DNA from: Paludibacteraceae bacterium
GTDB lineage: Bacteria; Bacteroidota; Bacteroidia; Bacteroidales; Paludibacteraceae
Length of the DNA: 64,000 bases
Direction of reading: 5' to 3'
Assembly (NCBI GenBank): GCA_045616185.1
Contig: JAZLGG010000003.1
Span: forward strand, 9,083-73,082
In this document: one piece after another, positions 52,801 to 62,933 of the stretch
Layout of the letters: each line of letters opens with the position of its first letter
How positions within the stretch are numbered: the stretch's first letter is position 1
Notes under the pieces: generated by a model
Databases searched by the model: none
What the model saw: the letters and a program-made list of their open reading frames with translations, nothing else
Told to the model about the DNA's origin: nothing
Translations under genes and position numbers: made by a program

Positions 52801-53260
52801 GACTTTCCACCTTCCATCGGGTGCTTAAGGTGTTGTTAAGGTGTGATTAAGGTGTTATTCGGGGCATTCGGTCAACAGAATATTGTGCCGTACCCATTTT
52901 TTTGAACACTCAATTCTTCGATTTCTCGAAACTTCGATAACTCGGTTTCTCGAAAACTCGATCCCTCAATTCCTCGAAAATTCGGCACCCCCCCTTTAGG
53001 GGGTCTGGGGGGGGGGTAACTCAACAAAAACCGTGTAACAATTTTTGTTAAAAAGCGATGGGCGTTTCGTAGCATAAGCGTTGTAGCACTGCAGGCGTTT
53101 AGTAGAAATATTATATAACCTTATGGTCGAACGCGAGGTCTAGAGTACTCTCTAAAATTATACCTTTTTTCGGGGACGTCACGGTGACGTTACACCTTCA
53201 AAAAACGCAGTTTTGACTTCGCAATCTCTACTCCACTACTATTCTACTCTTAGAATCACG
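52801..53260. repeat. composite word-repeat region (ctttccac, ttaaggtg x3, ctcgaaa/ttcgat array, C7/G5/G10 tracts, gggacgtca, ctctac words)
   Basis: Read directly from the sequence. Blocks match those at 5040-5250 and 31289-31462. Confidence 0.8.
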
Positions 53261-53330
53261 ACACACTAATTTCATATACGGCTTTTTCGAAAAAGATAAC
53301 ATTTTATTTGCTACTTTCGAATTTTCTTTG

Positions 53331-53338
53331 TAATTTTG
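53331..53338 (+). promoter_or_regulatory. -7 box (TAATTTTG) upstream of the candidate RNA/GT2 leader
   Basis: TAnnTTTG match preceded by TTTG motifs (53307-53310, 53327-53330). A perfect palindrome follows at 53341. Confidence 0.45.
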
Positions 53339-53340
53339 CA

Positions 53341-53360
53341 GTGCAATTACCAAATTGCAC
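53341..53360. promoter_or_regulatory. perfect 8-4-8 palindrome GTGCAATT-acca-AATTGCAC at the predicted transcription start (possible operator)
   Basis: Read directly from the sequence. It starts 2 nt after the -7 box. Confidence 0.4.
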
Positions 53361-53522
53361 ATCGCTCACGAGATGTAAAACCGCGAGAATATAACGAAAT
53401 CCACGCAGGGAGAGTGGGAGGGAGATGTCCTTCTCGTGAACCTCGCCATGCGTGATTTCGGGACATATTACGCGAGGCGTGCATGGCACGAATCGCAACG
53501 GCGTTTACTAACGCTTGTTTTT
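53341..53522 (+). ncRNA. candidate structured RNA or long 5' leader, class unknown
   Basis: Promoter box at 53331. Stems: tcacgaga/tctcgtga (53366-53373 / 53432-53439) and gccatgc/gcatggc (53445-53451 / 53481-53487). The second competes with cctcgc/gcgagg (53441-53446 / 53472-53477). A weak terminator-like gcgtt-tact-aacgc plus T-run lies at 53501-53522. No credible ORF on either strand. Confidence 0.3.
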
Positions 53523-53720
53523 GACTCATTGAAACCTGAGAAATTTCAAATATAGTTTTCGGAAACAAGTAGGTAGTAGATGTCCATGGGTGTATTTTGA
53601 ACTTATACTTTATGTATGGGTTAGTATACACGGCGTGGATTTCTGCATGCTTATTCGAAACTATAGGCTTTCTCAGGGCCTCAATGAGCGAATAGGTTAA
53701 ACAAAAATCCGCGTTTTTTT

Positions 53721-54872
53721 ATGGAAAAATTATTATCAATCATTATTCCTTGTTACAATGTAGAGAACTTTATCCTTTCGTGTTTTGAGCATTTGAAGAA
53801 GATCCCGCTTCAGCCAAATGAATATGAGATTATCTGTTATAACGATTGCTCTACTGATAACACGTTAAATATCATTGAAGAGGCTGCTCAAATTATATTC
53901 AATATTAGAGTTATTCAAGGAACTATTAATATAGGTCCCGGTGGTGGCAGAAATGTAGCTTTAAAGAATGCTTTTGGAAAATATGTGTGGTTCGTTGACG
54001 CCGATGATATTGTGCTTCCAGAGATTATTTCTGCCATGTTAGGGCTTATTAAGAAAGATTGTTTGGATGTCATTCCGTTTAATTACAAGGATATTGACGC
54101 GTCTGGTAATGTAATCGCAGAGCCGATTGTATTTAAGGATACTGCAATAATGAATGGTCTTGAATTTGTTGAGTACGTATTTCAAGAAAGCATCATATAT
54201 CACATGGGATATCCTTGGCACTTTTTAGTACGAAGAGAGTACTTGATTCAAAATGATTTGTTCTTTCCAGAAAATATCCGTTATGGAGAAGATACCGTCT
54301 GGATGCCGCAGATTTTGCTTTTGGCCTCTAAGGTAGCTAGTACTTCTACGTTTGGTTATATGTATCGTCATCATAGTCAAAGTACGTGCGGAATGTTTGA
54401 CAAATCTTATCCGGGAAGAACTATATATGAACGTTGCTTTGTAGCAAGTGAGTTGTTGATTTCATTTGCAAACAATTTAGAAGAGACTATCCACGACGAC
54501 CGCATCAATAAATATGTTCAAGCGTTTCGTAAATCAGCCAGCCATTATTATTTGGGGAAACTCCCGATATACCTTAGCAGAACTTCGATAGAACAACGGC
54601 AAGTATTTTTTAGTTATCTGAAGGAACATAAGTATAATAAAACTCATTGTCCCTTATATCCCATTCCTATCAAGAGTGATTATTTGCCCTATTATCGGAC
54701 GTATAATGGCAAATGGGCTTGCCTTCATGTACAAACTCAAGCATTAATTCTAACAAAAAAACGTACCTTTCGAACGTCGCCTTTCAGTAATTTGGATTCC
54801 AAAGTTCTTTCTTTTAGTGCGCCCTCTCGCTACCCTGTACGCTCGATTGGGCGGCGGCTGTCGCCGGCGTGA
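53721..54872 (+). CDS. family 2 glycosyltransferase (low-GC gene)
   Basis: Whole track ORF. LSIIIPCYNVENF, NDCSTDNT, FVDADD (DxD). One sampled line is about 40% GC, against about 57% in neighbouring secA. The last 8 codons lie in dispersed repeat copy B. Confidence 0.85.
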   Translation: MEKLLSIIIPCYNVENFILSCFEHLKKIPLQPNEYEIICYNDCSTDNTLNIIEEAAQIIFNIRVIQGTINIGPGGGRNVALKNAFGKYVWFVDADDIVLPEIISAMLGLIKKDCLDVIPFNYKDIDASGNVIAEPIVFKDTAIMNGLEFVEYVFQESIIYHMGYPWHFLVRREYLIQNDLFFPENIRYGEDTVWMPQILLLASKVASTSTFGYMYRHHSQSTCGMFDKSYPGRTIYERCFVASELLISFANNLEETIHDDRINKYVQAFRKSASHYYLGKLPIYLSRTSIEQRQVFFSYLKEHKYNKTHCPLYPIPIKSDYLPYYRTYNGKWACLHVQTQALILTKKRTFRTSPFSNLDSKVLSFSAPSRYPVRSIGRRLSPA

Positions 54873-54998
54873 CCGCGAGGGTCGCACTATTCTATGTGGG
54901 TGACTGTTTCCTCAAAGTGGGGACCTGTCGGGTCGCCCACTCGGCGTGCGTTCCGTCGCACGCCTTCACGGTCTTTCCGTCGCACGCCTTCACGGTCT
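54846..54998 (+). repeat. dispersed structured element R1, copy B (3' end of GT2, upstream of the secA promoter)
   Basis: Same element as 13906-14066. Carries an exact 24-nt tandem duplication, ttccgtcgcacgccttcacggtct (54951-54974 and 54975-54998). Confidence 0.85.
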
Positions 54999-55045
54999 TT
55001 CCCTGCCAAAACACAAATAAATTTGCGTATATCATTTTTTTTTAT

Positions 55046-55053
55046 TAATTTTG
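55046..55053 (+). promoter_or_regulatory. -7 box (TAATTTTG) for secA
   Basis: TAnnTTTG match, 62 nt before ATG 55116. Confidence 0.55.
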
Positions 55054-55115
55054 CACGCTATATATGGAAAATGGCGTAGTAGCCTCAAAAGAAATCTTTA
55101 AGTACTACAATTATT

Positions 55116-58100
55116 ATGAATTTTATAGAATTGATAACGAAACTGTTCGGCAACAAAGCGCAAAAAGACATGCGCGAGATTATGCCGTTTGTGGAACGAA
55201 TCAACGCCGTCTATGGCGAAATAGACGCATTGGACAACGACGCCCTTCGCCAACGCAGTGCCGCTTTGATGCAGAAAATAAACGAAGCGGTGGCTCCAGA
55301 CAAAACACGCATTGCCGAACTGAAAAACGGCATCGAGGAATTGGAAATAGACAAACGTGAAAAAGTCTATGGCGAAATAGACAAGCTGGAAAAGGATATC
55401 AAGGAGACCTATAAACAGGTGCTGGAAGACATCCTTCCGGAAACCTTTGCCATCGTCAAATCTACCGCCCGCCGTTTTGCACAAAGTGAACGCATTGAGG
55501 TGACTGCCACACAGATGGACCGCGACCTGGCGGCCGATACGCGCTTTGACTTCGTGGAGATAGAGGGGGACAAAGCCGTCTATTTCAATCATTGGACCGC
55601 TGGCGGCAACGAGGTGACCTGGGATATGGTGCATTATGACGTACAGTTAATCGGCGGTGTGGTACTGCATCAGGGCAAGATAGCCGAAATGGCTACCGGT
55701 GAAGGTAAAACCCTGGTAGCGACACTGCCGGTCTTCCTGAACGCAATGACGCACGAAGGCGTGCATGTGGTCACCGTGAACGATTACCTTGCCAAACGTG
55801 ACTCCGAATGGATGGGGCCGTTGTACATGTTCCACGGACTGACGGTTGATTGTATTGACAAACATAAACCCAACAGCGACGAGCGCCGCAAGGCATACGC
55901 CTGCGACATCACCTTCGGCACAAACAATGAGTTCGGTTTCGACTACCTGCGCGACAATATGGCGACCAGCCCGCTGGACCTTGTGCAGCGCGGACATAAC
56001 TTCGCCATCGTGGACGAGGTGGACTCCGTATTGATAGACGATGCACGTACCCCGTTGATTATCAGCGGACCTATCCCCAAGGGCGAGGACCAGATGTTTG
56101 ACGAATATAAACACCGCGTTGAACTGTTGGTCCGCACCCAGACGACCTTGACCACCAAACTGCTGGCGGAAGCGAAAGCCAAAATGCCCTCGTCCGACGA
56201 AAAAGAACGCGAGGCCGGCGAACTGGCCCTGTTCCGCGCCTTCAAGGGTATGCCTAAATCCAAGGCGCTTATCAAATATCTGAGCGAAACGGGAGTGAAA
56301 GTGCGGCTGCAGAAAACGGAAGAGTTTTACCTGCAAGAGAACGAGAAAAACATGCACATCGCTACCGACGAACTCTATTTCGTTATTGACGAGAAAAACA
56401 AGTCCATCGAACTGACCGACAAGGGTATAGATACTTTGACAGGCAATACGGACGACCCCGAATTCTTTGTTCTTCCCGATGTCGGCAGCGAGATAGCCGA
56501 ACTGGAGAAACAGACGCTTACTGCCGAGGAGAAACAGCAGCGTAAAGACGAGATATACGCCAACTATAGTGTCAAGAGCGAGCGCGTCCATACTGTAAAC
56601 CAGTTGCTGAAAGCCTACACGTTGTTCGAGAAAGATGTCGATTACATCATTGACAACAACGAAGTCAAGATAGTTGATGAGCAGACAGGCCGTGTGATGG
56701 AGGGCCGTCGTTGGAGTGACGGACTGCATCAGGCGGTGGAAGCCAAGGAGAATGTCAAGGTGGAAGGCGCAACACAGACCTTTGCAACCATTACGCTCCA
56801 GAACTACTTCCGTATGTACAATAAACTGAGCGGCATGACCGGTACAGCCGAAACGGAAGCGGGCGAGTTTTGGAACATCTATAAACTGGACGTGGTGGTC
56901 ATTCCTACCAACAAACCCATCGCGCGTATAGACATGAACGACCGGATTTACCGCACCAAGCGCGAGAAATACAATGCGGTCATTCAGGAGATAGTCAATC
57001 TGGTGGAGGCGGGCCGTCCTGTCTTGGTCGGCACAACGAGCGTCGAGATAAGCGAACTGCTGAGCAAGATGCTCACGATGCGCAAGATACAGCACAACGT
57101 ATTGAACGCCAAACTGCACCAGCACGAGGCAGAAGTTGTAGCACAGGCCGGTAGGCGCGGCGTGGTTACCATCGCCACGAACATGGCGGGTCGCGGTACC
57201 GATATCAAACTGACACCCGAAGTGAAAAAGGCGGGCGGACTGGCCATTATCGGCACCGAACGCCACGAAAGCCGTCGTGTGGACCGTCAGTTGCGCGGAC
57301 GTTCCGGACGTCAGGGCGACCCGGGAAGCAGCGTGTTCTTTGTCAGCCTTGAAGACGACCTGATGCGTATGTTCGGCTCCGAGCGCATCGCCGGCATCAT
57401 GGATAAGATGGGCTTTGAAGAAGGGGAGATGATTGAACACTCCATGATATCCAAGAACATCGAGAAAGCGCAGAAAAAAGTGGAGGAGAACAACTTCGGC
57501 ATCCGTAAGCGCTTGATTGAATACGACGATGTCATGAACCAGCAGCGTAACGTCATCTACGCCAAACGTCACCACGCCTTGATGGGCGAGCGCATCGGCG
57601 TGGACATCACTAATATGGTTTACGACACCGCGGAGAGCATTATAGCCGATGCACGCGGTGCGATGGATTACGAGTCGCTGCAATACAACGTGATGCAAGT
57701 GTTCGCGATGGAAGTGCCGTTTGACGAGGATACTTTCCGTGGCTCGCGCGAGGAGAAACTGTCGGAAGAACTGGCGGTGGCGGCTATTGAGACCTTCAAA
57801 CGCCGTATGGATAAACTGATGCAGACTGCCGACCCCGTCATCCAGAAAGTGTACGAGGAGAAAGGCTCGATGTACGAAAACATCTTGATTCCTATCTCGG
57901 ACGGCAAGCGGGTCTATAATATTGCGGTCAATCTCCGCAAAGCATCGGAAACGAACAGCCGCGAAGTGGTCAAGGAGTTTGAGAAACGCATGCTGCTGTT
58001 TGTTATTGACGATGAGTGGAAAGAGCATCTGCGCCAGTTGGACGAACTCAAACACAGTGTACAAAACGCCAGTTACGAACAGAAAGATCCGTTGTTGATT

Positions 58101-58442
58101 TATAAACTTGAGTCGTTTAATATCTTCCGCCGCATGCTGGATACATTCAACCGCCGTGCGATTGCTATCCTGCTCCGTGGACAGATACCCGTTCAGGCAC
58201 CGCAGAACGTACAGCAGGCGCGTGCGCCCCAACGCACCGATTATAGCCGTTATCGTAGCCAGAAGGATGCAGTGCAGCGCGCGGCGCAGGCCAGCGGGCA
58301 GGCAGCGGCTGCCGGACGCGACACACGGGAGATGCAGCGCCCCGAACCTATTCGTGTGGAGAAGAAACCTCGCCCCAATGACCCCTGCCCGTGCGGTAGC
58401 GGCAAGAAATACAAGCAATGTCACGGAAAGATGTCATTATAA
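55116..58442 (+). CDS. secA: preprotein translocase ATPase SecA
   Basis: Whole track [45 protein letters not shown], and a C-terminal zinc finger [14 protein letters not shown]. Confidence 0.98.
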   Translation: MNFIELITKLFGNKAQKDMREIMPFVERINAVYGEIDALDNDALRQRSAALMQKINEAVAPDKTRIAELKNGIEELEIDKREKVYGEIDKLEKDIKETYKQVLEDILPETFAIVKSTARRFAQSERIEVTATQMDRDLAADTRFDFVEIEGDKAVYFNHWTAGGNEVTWDMVHYDVQLIGGVVLHQGKIAEMATGEGKTLVATLPVFLNAMTHEGVHVVTVNDYLAKRDSEWMGPLYMFHGLTVDCIDKHKPNSDERRKAYACDITFGTNNEFGFDYLRDNMATSPLDLVQRGHNFAIVDEVDSVLIDDARTPLIISGPIPKGEDQMFDEYKHRVELLVRTQTTLTTKLLAEAKAKMPSSDEKEREAGELALFRAFKGMPKSKALIKYLSETGVKVRLQKTEEFYLQENEKNMHIATDELYFVIDEKNKSIELTDKGIDTLTGNTDDPEFFVLPDVGSEIAELEKQTLTAEEKQQRKDEIYANYSVKSERVHTVNQLLKAYTLFEKDVDYIIDNNEVKIVDEQTGRVMEGRRWSDGLHQAVEAKENVKVEGATQTFATITLQNYFRMYNKLSGMTGTAETEAGEFWNIYKLDVVVIPTNKPIARIDMNDRIYRTKREKYNAVIQEIVNLVEAGRPVLVGTTSVEISELLSKMLTMRKIQHNVLNAKLHQHEAEVVAQAGRRGVVTIATNMAGRGTDIKLTPEVKKAGGLAIIGTERHESRRVDRQLRGRSGRQGDPGSSVFFVSLEDDLMRMFGSERIAGIMDKMGFEEGEMIEHSMISKNIEKAQKKVEENNFGIRKRLIEYDDVMNQQRNVIYAKRHHALMGERIGVDITNMVYDTAESIIADARGAMDYESLQYNVMQVFAMEVPFDEDTFRGSREEKLSEELAVAAIETFKRRMDKLMQTADPVIQKVYEEKGSMYENILIPISDGKRVYNIAVNLRKASETNSREVVKEFEKRMLLFVIDDEWKEHLRQLDELKHSVQNASYEQKDPLLIYKLESFNIFRRMLDTFNRRAIAILLRGQIPVQAPQNVQQARAPQRTDYSRYRSQKDAVQRAAQASGQAAAAGRDTREMQRPEPIRVEKKPRPNDPCPCGSGKKYKQCHGKMSL

Positions 58443-58448
58443 ACCGGT

Positions 58449-59360
58449 ATGCTTGAATTCGTCACTTGGAACGTGGATCCCGTCTTGTTGCACATCGGCA
58501 ACGGGGGTATCCGTTGGTATGGTCTGCTGTGGGCCGTGGGACTTTATCTGTGCTATTTGGTGCAGGTCAAACTGTATAAGAACGAAAATTGCCCTGCCGA
58601 TTGGGCGGACAAGATTTTCATGTGGATGACGCTCGGCGTTATCATCGGCGCACGGTTGGGGCATTGCTGGTTCTATGAGTGGTACGATGTCACCGATCCT
58701 GCCTTGGCGGGGTATTGCCGCGCGATGGACATATCCACCGAACCGACCCAATTTTTTGCATGGGCGATTAACTACCGCAATCCCTACATTGAGCATCCGT
58801 TGTGGTTGCTCAAGATTTGGGAAGGCGGCTTGAGTAGTCACGGCGGCGCATTGGGGCTGATTGTGGCGGCGTGGGGGTTGAACAGAAAACATTTTTCCAA
58901 GAAACCGGAATATCATACTTCGCTGATTTGGATTTTCGACCGTTTGGTTATCGGCGTGTGCATCACGGCTACACTCATCCGTTTGGGCAATTTGATGAAC
59001 AGCGAGATTTATGGTGGACCGACCGGTCTTCCGTGGGGTTTCGTTTTCGTGCGCGACGGGCAGACCGAACCGCATCATCCCACGCAGATATACGAGATGC
59101 TCTATTGCATCGTGGCGTTCGTAGTGACGTGGACAATGTATTGGAAGGGAAAATGTTACCGCCGCAAGGGGCTGATTTTCGGTGTCTTTCTGGAAATCAT
59201 CTTTGTGACTCGTTTCGTGCTGGAGTTCATCAAACTGGACCAAAACGGTTTTGAGTCCGGCATGCTCCTAAATATGGGGCAGTGGCTGAGTATTCCGTTT
59301 ATCGTTTGGGGCGTTTATCTTATTGTACGCGCATATAAGAGGGAGGCATTGTGCGGCTGA
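58449..59360 (+). CDS. lgt: prolipoprotein diacylglyceryl transferase
   Basis: Whole track ORF. IRWYGLLWAVG, GARLGH, IWEGGLSSHGG, and the signature HPTQIYE. Confidence 0.93.
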   Translation: MLEFVTWNVDPVLLHIGNGGIRWYGLLWAVGLYLCYLVQVKLYKNENCPADWADKIFMWMTLGVIIGARLGHCWFYEWYDVTDPALAGYCRAMDISTEPTQFFAWAINYRNPYIEHPLWLLKIWEGGLSSHGGALGLIVAAWGLNRKHFSKKPEYHTSLIWIFDRLVIGVCITATLIRLGNLMNSEIYGGPTGLPWGFVFVRDGQTEPHHPTQIYEMLYCIVAFVVTWTMYWKGKCYRRKGLIFGVFLEIIFVTRFVLEFIKLDQNGFESGMLLNMGQWLSIPFIVWGVYLIVRAYKREALCG

Positions 59361-60643
59361 TTCGTGCGGCCATAGTGATTGCAATGTCGGCAGGTCCGTT
59401 GTTCGCTCTTGCGCAAGATACCGTTCCGGCTATATCTCCCGTGGATTCCGTGGTGGTGCATACGGATACGATGAGTTGGGACAATCGCGCCGAAGTCGTG
59501 TCGGAAGATATGTTGCTGCTTCAAATGGTAGCCGCCCAAAGTCGGGACATCTTTGTCCGTGATTCGTTGAAGAAAGATTCGCTGCTGGCGGGCTTGTATT
59601 TGCGTGACTCGTTGCTGAAAGCGGAACTGGCGGTTATCAAGGATTCCATTATGTTGTTGCGCAGGGACGAACTGGCACGACAGGCCTATGAGGACTCGCT
59701 GGCTCGTGTGGCGCAACAGTCGGATTCCATCTCTTCGCTGATGGCGAATATAGGGGATATAAAAGGTTTGGATGCCGTGCCGCCGGCGTTAATCAAGGAC
59801 CCCGAGGCCGATTTGGAAGACTTGGCCTATTTTTTTCGCAGTACCCTCAGTCCGTGGAAAAAAGAGGCGAATGTTAATATCCACTTCACACAAAACTATA
59901 TATCAGGGAACTGGTACAAAGGCGGTACCAGCAATTTCTCCATTATCAGTCTGGCTAAAGGGAGCATCAATTACAGTAAGGACAATTTGTTGTGGGAGAA
60001 CACGGGCGAATGGCGATTGGGGGTTGCTACCACGCCCAACGACACTCTTCGTAAGCACAACATTACCGATGACTTGTTCCGTTTGTACTCCAAGGTCGGT
60101 TACCAAGTGATTAAGAAACTATATATCTCGTCTTCTGCGGAGTTCCAGACTACTTTGTGGAACGCATGGAACGAGAATGCGCAGACAGTCAAAACGGCTT
60201 TCCTCACCCCGATACGCTATAACATGACGCTCGGTGTGGACTACAAACCGCTGAAAGACATGAGTATATTGGTTTCGCCGCTGGCTTATAAGATGATTTA
60301 CTCTTTTTATGGAGATGACGGCGGAAAAGTCAATGTCAACAACTACGGTATAGAGGCCGGTAAACATATTATTAACGAACTTGGTAGCAGTTTGCGTTTT
60401 CATTGGAAATACAAGCCGGTGCGCGAGGTGTCGTTGGAAACGGAGTTGTATTTTTATACGAACTACAAGCGGGTGGAGTTCGATTGGGAAATAGATTGTG
60501 ATTTTATTATCAACCGCTTCTTGTCCGTTCGTTTGGAACTGCATCCGCGTTACGACAACACGGTCATTATGGCAGGTGACGAACGCGCTAAAATGCAGTT
60601 CAAGGAACTCCTCTCTTTCGGCTTCGCCCATAAATTCAGATAA
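59351..60643 (+). CDS. DUF3078 domain outer-membrane protein
   Basis: Whole track ORF. GTG start overlaps the lgt end by 10 nt. Signal peptide MRLIRAAIVIAMSAGPLFALAQ. NYISGNWYKGG motif and a beta-barrel-like C-terminal half. Confidence 0.8.
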   Translation: MRLIRAAIVIAMSAGPLFALAQDTVPAISPVDSVVVHTDTMSWDNRAEVVSEDMLLLQMVAAQSRDIFVRDSLKKDSLLAGLYLRDSLLKAELAVIKDSIMLLRRDELARQAYEDSLARVAQQSDSISSLMANIGDIKGLDAVPPALIKDPEADLEDLAYFFRSTLSPWKKEANVNIHFTQNYISGNWYKGGTSNFSIISLAKGSINYSKDNLLWENTGEWRLGVATTPNDTLRKHNITDDLFRLYSKVGYQVIKKLYISSSAEFQTTLWNAWNENAQTVKTAFLTPIRYNMTLGVDYKPLKDMSILVSPLAYKMIYSFYGDDGGKVNVNNYGIEAGKHIINELGSSLRFHWKYKPVREVSLETELYFYTNYKRVEFDWEIDCDFIINRFLSVRLELHPRYDNTVIMAGDERAKMQFKELLSFGFAHKFR

Positions 60644-60646
60644 TAA

Positions 60647-61474
60647 ATGAAAAAGTTGTTTTTGTTTGCGTTTTTGTTTTATGCGATGGCCTTGTCTGCC
60701 GCACGTCCCGGACATTTTTCTGTGGCTGACGGTCGCCAAGTCGAATTTGCTTCCGGTAACTTGCAATATTGTCCGGCGACGGGTGTCTTCCGTTTTGCCA
60801 AACATCAGGAGGACGTACTGGGATTGGCTAACGAACAGGTAGGTCCGCAATATGCGGGCTGGATAGACTTGTTCGGTTGGGCTACGTCCGGTTACGACAA
60901 CCGTGCGAACGACCCTGACGTCATATATTGCCACCCTTGGGATTGGATGTGCCGTTTGGAGCATTCGGGCAATCCGCATAACCCGTTCGGCTACGGCCCT
61001 TCCGCTACACAGTCGGAAACATCGTTGGTTGGTGCGTCTGCCGACTATGACTGGGGCGTCTATAACGCTATTTCCAACGGCGGCAACAAAGCCGGATTGT
61101 GGCGCACGCTGACTCGCGACGAGTGGACATATTTGCTTTTCGGCCGTCCCGATGCCCGTCGGTTGCATCGGTTGTACGATGTCAACGGCATACACGGCCT
61201 GTTGCTGTTGCCGGACGGGTTTAAGGAGAAAAAAAACATGACATACCGTCAGTTGCTGAATGCGGGGGCTGTCTTTCTGCCTTGCGGCGGGGTGCGGTAT
61301 CACCGCGTCGTAGATGCTCCAATGCAGATGGGAACCTATTGGTCGGCTTCGGCGGCGGGAAACGATGCCGCCTATTTCCTTGGCATTTATGCCGGTTACG
61401 CGGCTATGTCATCCGAACTGTATGGCCGTAATGCAGGCCGCAGTGTCCGTCTGGTGCGTGACGTGTTGAAGTAA
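60647..61474 (+). CDS. secreted protein with Fib_succ_major/DUF1566-like C-terminal signature
   Basis: Whole track ORF. Signal peptide MKKLFLFAFLFYAMALSAA. WR.LT.DEW, YWSAS, and a terminal GRSVRLVRD motif resembling the FISUMP family ending. Confidence 0.55.
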   Translation: MKKLFLFAFLFYAMALSAARPGHFSVADGRQVEFASGNLQYCPATGVFRFAKHQEDVLGLANEQVGPQYAGWIDLFGWATSGYDNRANDPDVIYCHPWDWMCRLEHSGNPHNPFGYGPSATQSETSLVGASADYDWGVYNAISNGGNKAGLWRTLTRDEWTYLLFGRPDARRLHRLYDVNGIHGLLLLPDGFKEKKNMTYRQLLNAGAVFLPCGGVRYHRVVDAPMQMGTYWSASAAGNDAAYFLGIYAGYAAMSSELYGRNAGRSVRLVRDVLK

Positions 61475-61477
61475 GGA

Positions 61478-62026
61478 TTATTCGCCGAACAATCGGCACA
61501 TCTCTTCCCAACGCACGATGGCGTCGTAGCCGTAACGCCATATCATTTGGCGGACCTTGTTGGGAGCCGTCTCTTCGCCGAGGTGGCTCTTCGAATAGAA
61601 TTTGTCCGCATAGCAGATGATTTTCTCTTCCAGTGTTTCGGGGCAGTAGTCCTGTTCAGGAATGGGCAGTTCTTCGCGCAGTACCTGTTCCGTGGTGATG
61701 CCGCTACCGGTGTGCCTTTCGGCTACACGGGCGTGACGGGGCAACCCTTCTTTGCGCAGCAGTTCGGCGCCGAGATAGCCGTGTTCAATGTACTGGTGTG
61801 ACCCGAAACAGTGGATGCGCGGGGCATCGCAGAAGATGATGCCTATGTCGTGCAACATGGCCGCTTCTTCCACAAACAGACGGTTTACCTGTCCTGTTTC
61901 CGTCCATTTGGGGTGGTTGTCCACGATACGCAACGCGCGATCGCGTACTTGTTCCGAGTGCCGGATGAGCAGTTGCTTGAGTTCCGGTTGTTCGTTGTAA
62001 TATTTGTCAATGATTTCGTAAACCAT
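61478..62026 (-). CDS. HD-domain phosphohydrolase
   Basis: Whole track ORF. H...V and MLHDIG (HD dyad), ERHTGSG. Confidence 0.8.
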   Translation of the reverse strand: MVYEIIDKYYNEQPELKQLLIRHSEQVRDRALRIVDNHPKWTETGQVNRLFVEEAAMLHDIGIIFCDAPRIHCFGSHQYIEHGYLGAELLRKEGLPRHARVAERHTGSGITTEQVLREELPIPEQDYCPETLEEKIICYADKFYSKSHLGEETAPNKVRQMIWRYGYDAIVRWEEMCRLFGE

Positions 62027-62933
62027 TTAACAAGGCTTTGGCATCCATTCTTTTTTTGCCGGGCAGTTGCAGTTCCGTCAATTCGATATGCCCGTCTGCA
62101 CAAGGCATAATGATGCGTCCGTCGGCGTGAGGAATGTCGGAAGGCCGCGCCCGATACACCTTGACGTTCTCGTACCGTTGCCCTTGTATGTCCAAGTCAC
62201 ACCAGGCAGCGGGGTAGGGGCTTAACCCGCGGATGTGGTTGTAAACCTCGCGCACACGCTTGCCGAAGTCGATGCGGCAGTCTTCTTTGAATATCTTCGG
62301 TGCGGGTTTCAGTTCGCCGTCCGTCATCGTGTCTTGCTCTTTCATCGGTAGGGGTAACCCTTTCTCGTCGCATGCGGTAATCAACTCAACCGTTCGGAGG
62401 GTGATGCCCGCACTTAACGCCATTAGGCGGTCGTGTACCGAGCCTACGTCTTCATCCTCGCCAATGGCGATGCGTTCTTGCAGCAGGATATTGCCGGTAT
62501 CTATTTCCTGTTTCAGCATAAACGAGGTCAATCCCGTTTCTGTCTCGCCGTTCATGACGGCGCGGTTGATGGGTGCTGCTCCGCGGTATTGGGGCAGGAG
62601 GGACCCGTGTACGTTGAACGTGCCCAATCTGGGCATCTGCCATACCGCTTCCGGCAGCATGCGGAAGGCGGTCACTATCTGCAGGTCGGCGTGATAGGAG
62701 CGCAACTGTTCCAGAAACGCCGGGTCTTTCAGTTTTTCGGGTTGCAGAATGTCCAGTCCGTGCTGTAAGGCGTATTGCTTGACGGCGGAGTATTGTATCT
62801 GGTACCCTCGTCCGGCAGGTTTGTCCGGCATAGTCACTACGGCCACCACTTGGTATCCGTTCTCCACCAGTGCTTGCAGCCCGGCTACGGCAAACTCCGG
62901 CGTTCCCATATAGATGATGCGTACCGGTTTCAT
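62007..62933 (-). CDS. fmt: methionyl-tRNA formyltransferase
   Basis: Whole track ORF. IIYMGTPEFAV, FNVHGSLLPQYRGAAPI, and a C-terminal Fmt domain. Confidence 0.95.
   Translation of the reverse strand: MKPVRIIYMGTPEFAVAGLQALVENGYQVVAVVTMPDKPAGRGYQIQYSAVKQYALQHGLDILQPEKLKDPAFLEQLRSYHADLQIVTAFRMLPEAVWQMPRLGTFNVHGSLLPQYRGAAPINRAVMNGETETGLTSFMLKQEIDTGNILLQERIAIGEDEDVGSVHDRLMALSAGITLRTVELITACDEKGLPLPMKEQDTMTDGELKPAPKIFKEDCRIDFGKRVREVYNHIRGLSPYPAAWCDLDIQGQRYENVKVYRARPSDIPHADGRIIMPCADGHIELTELQLPGKKRMDAKALLNGLRNH

Noticed and set aside
53341-53522. Assignment of the candidate RNA to a known class (c-di-GMP-I, TPP, fluoride, 6S, tmRNA, RNase P, SRP)
   Set aside because: I found none of the conserved core sequences I remember for these classes. 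The element is left unclassified pending an Infernal/Rfam scan.
53304-53631. Minus-strand ORFs of 64 aa and 94 aa, and a 35-aa plus-strand ORF starting at 53448
   Set aside because: They have no promoter context, an odd composition and no family resemblance. The region is better explained as non-coding DNA or a structured RNA.
55647-58424. 925-aa ORF on the minus strand
   Set aside because: It is exactly antisense to secA, whose identity is unambiguous. The composition is Arg/His/Val/Leu-rich with no recognisable motifs. This is a typical shadow ORF of a GC-rich third-position gene.
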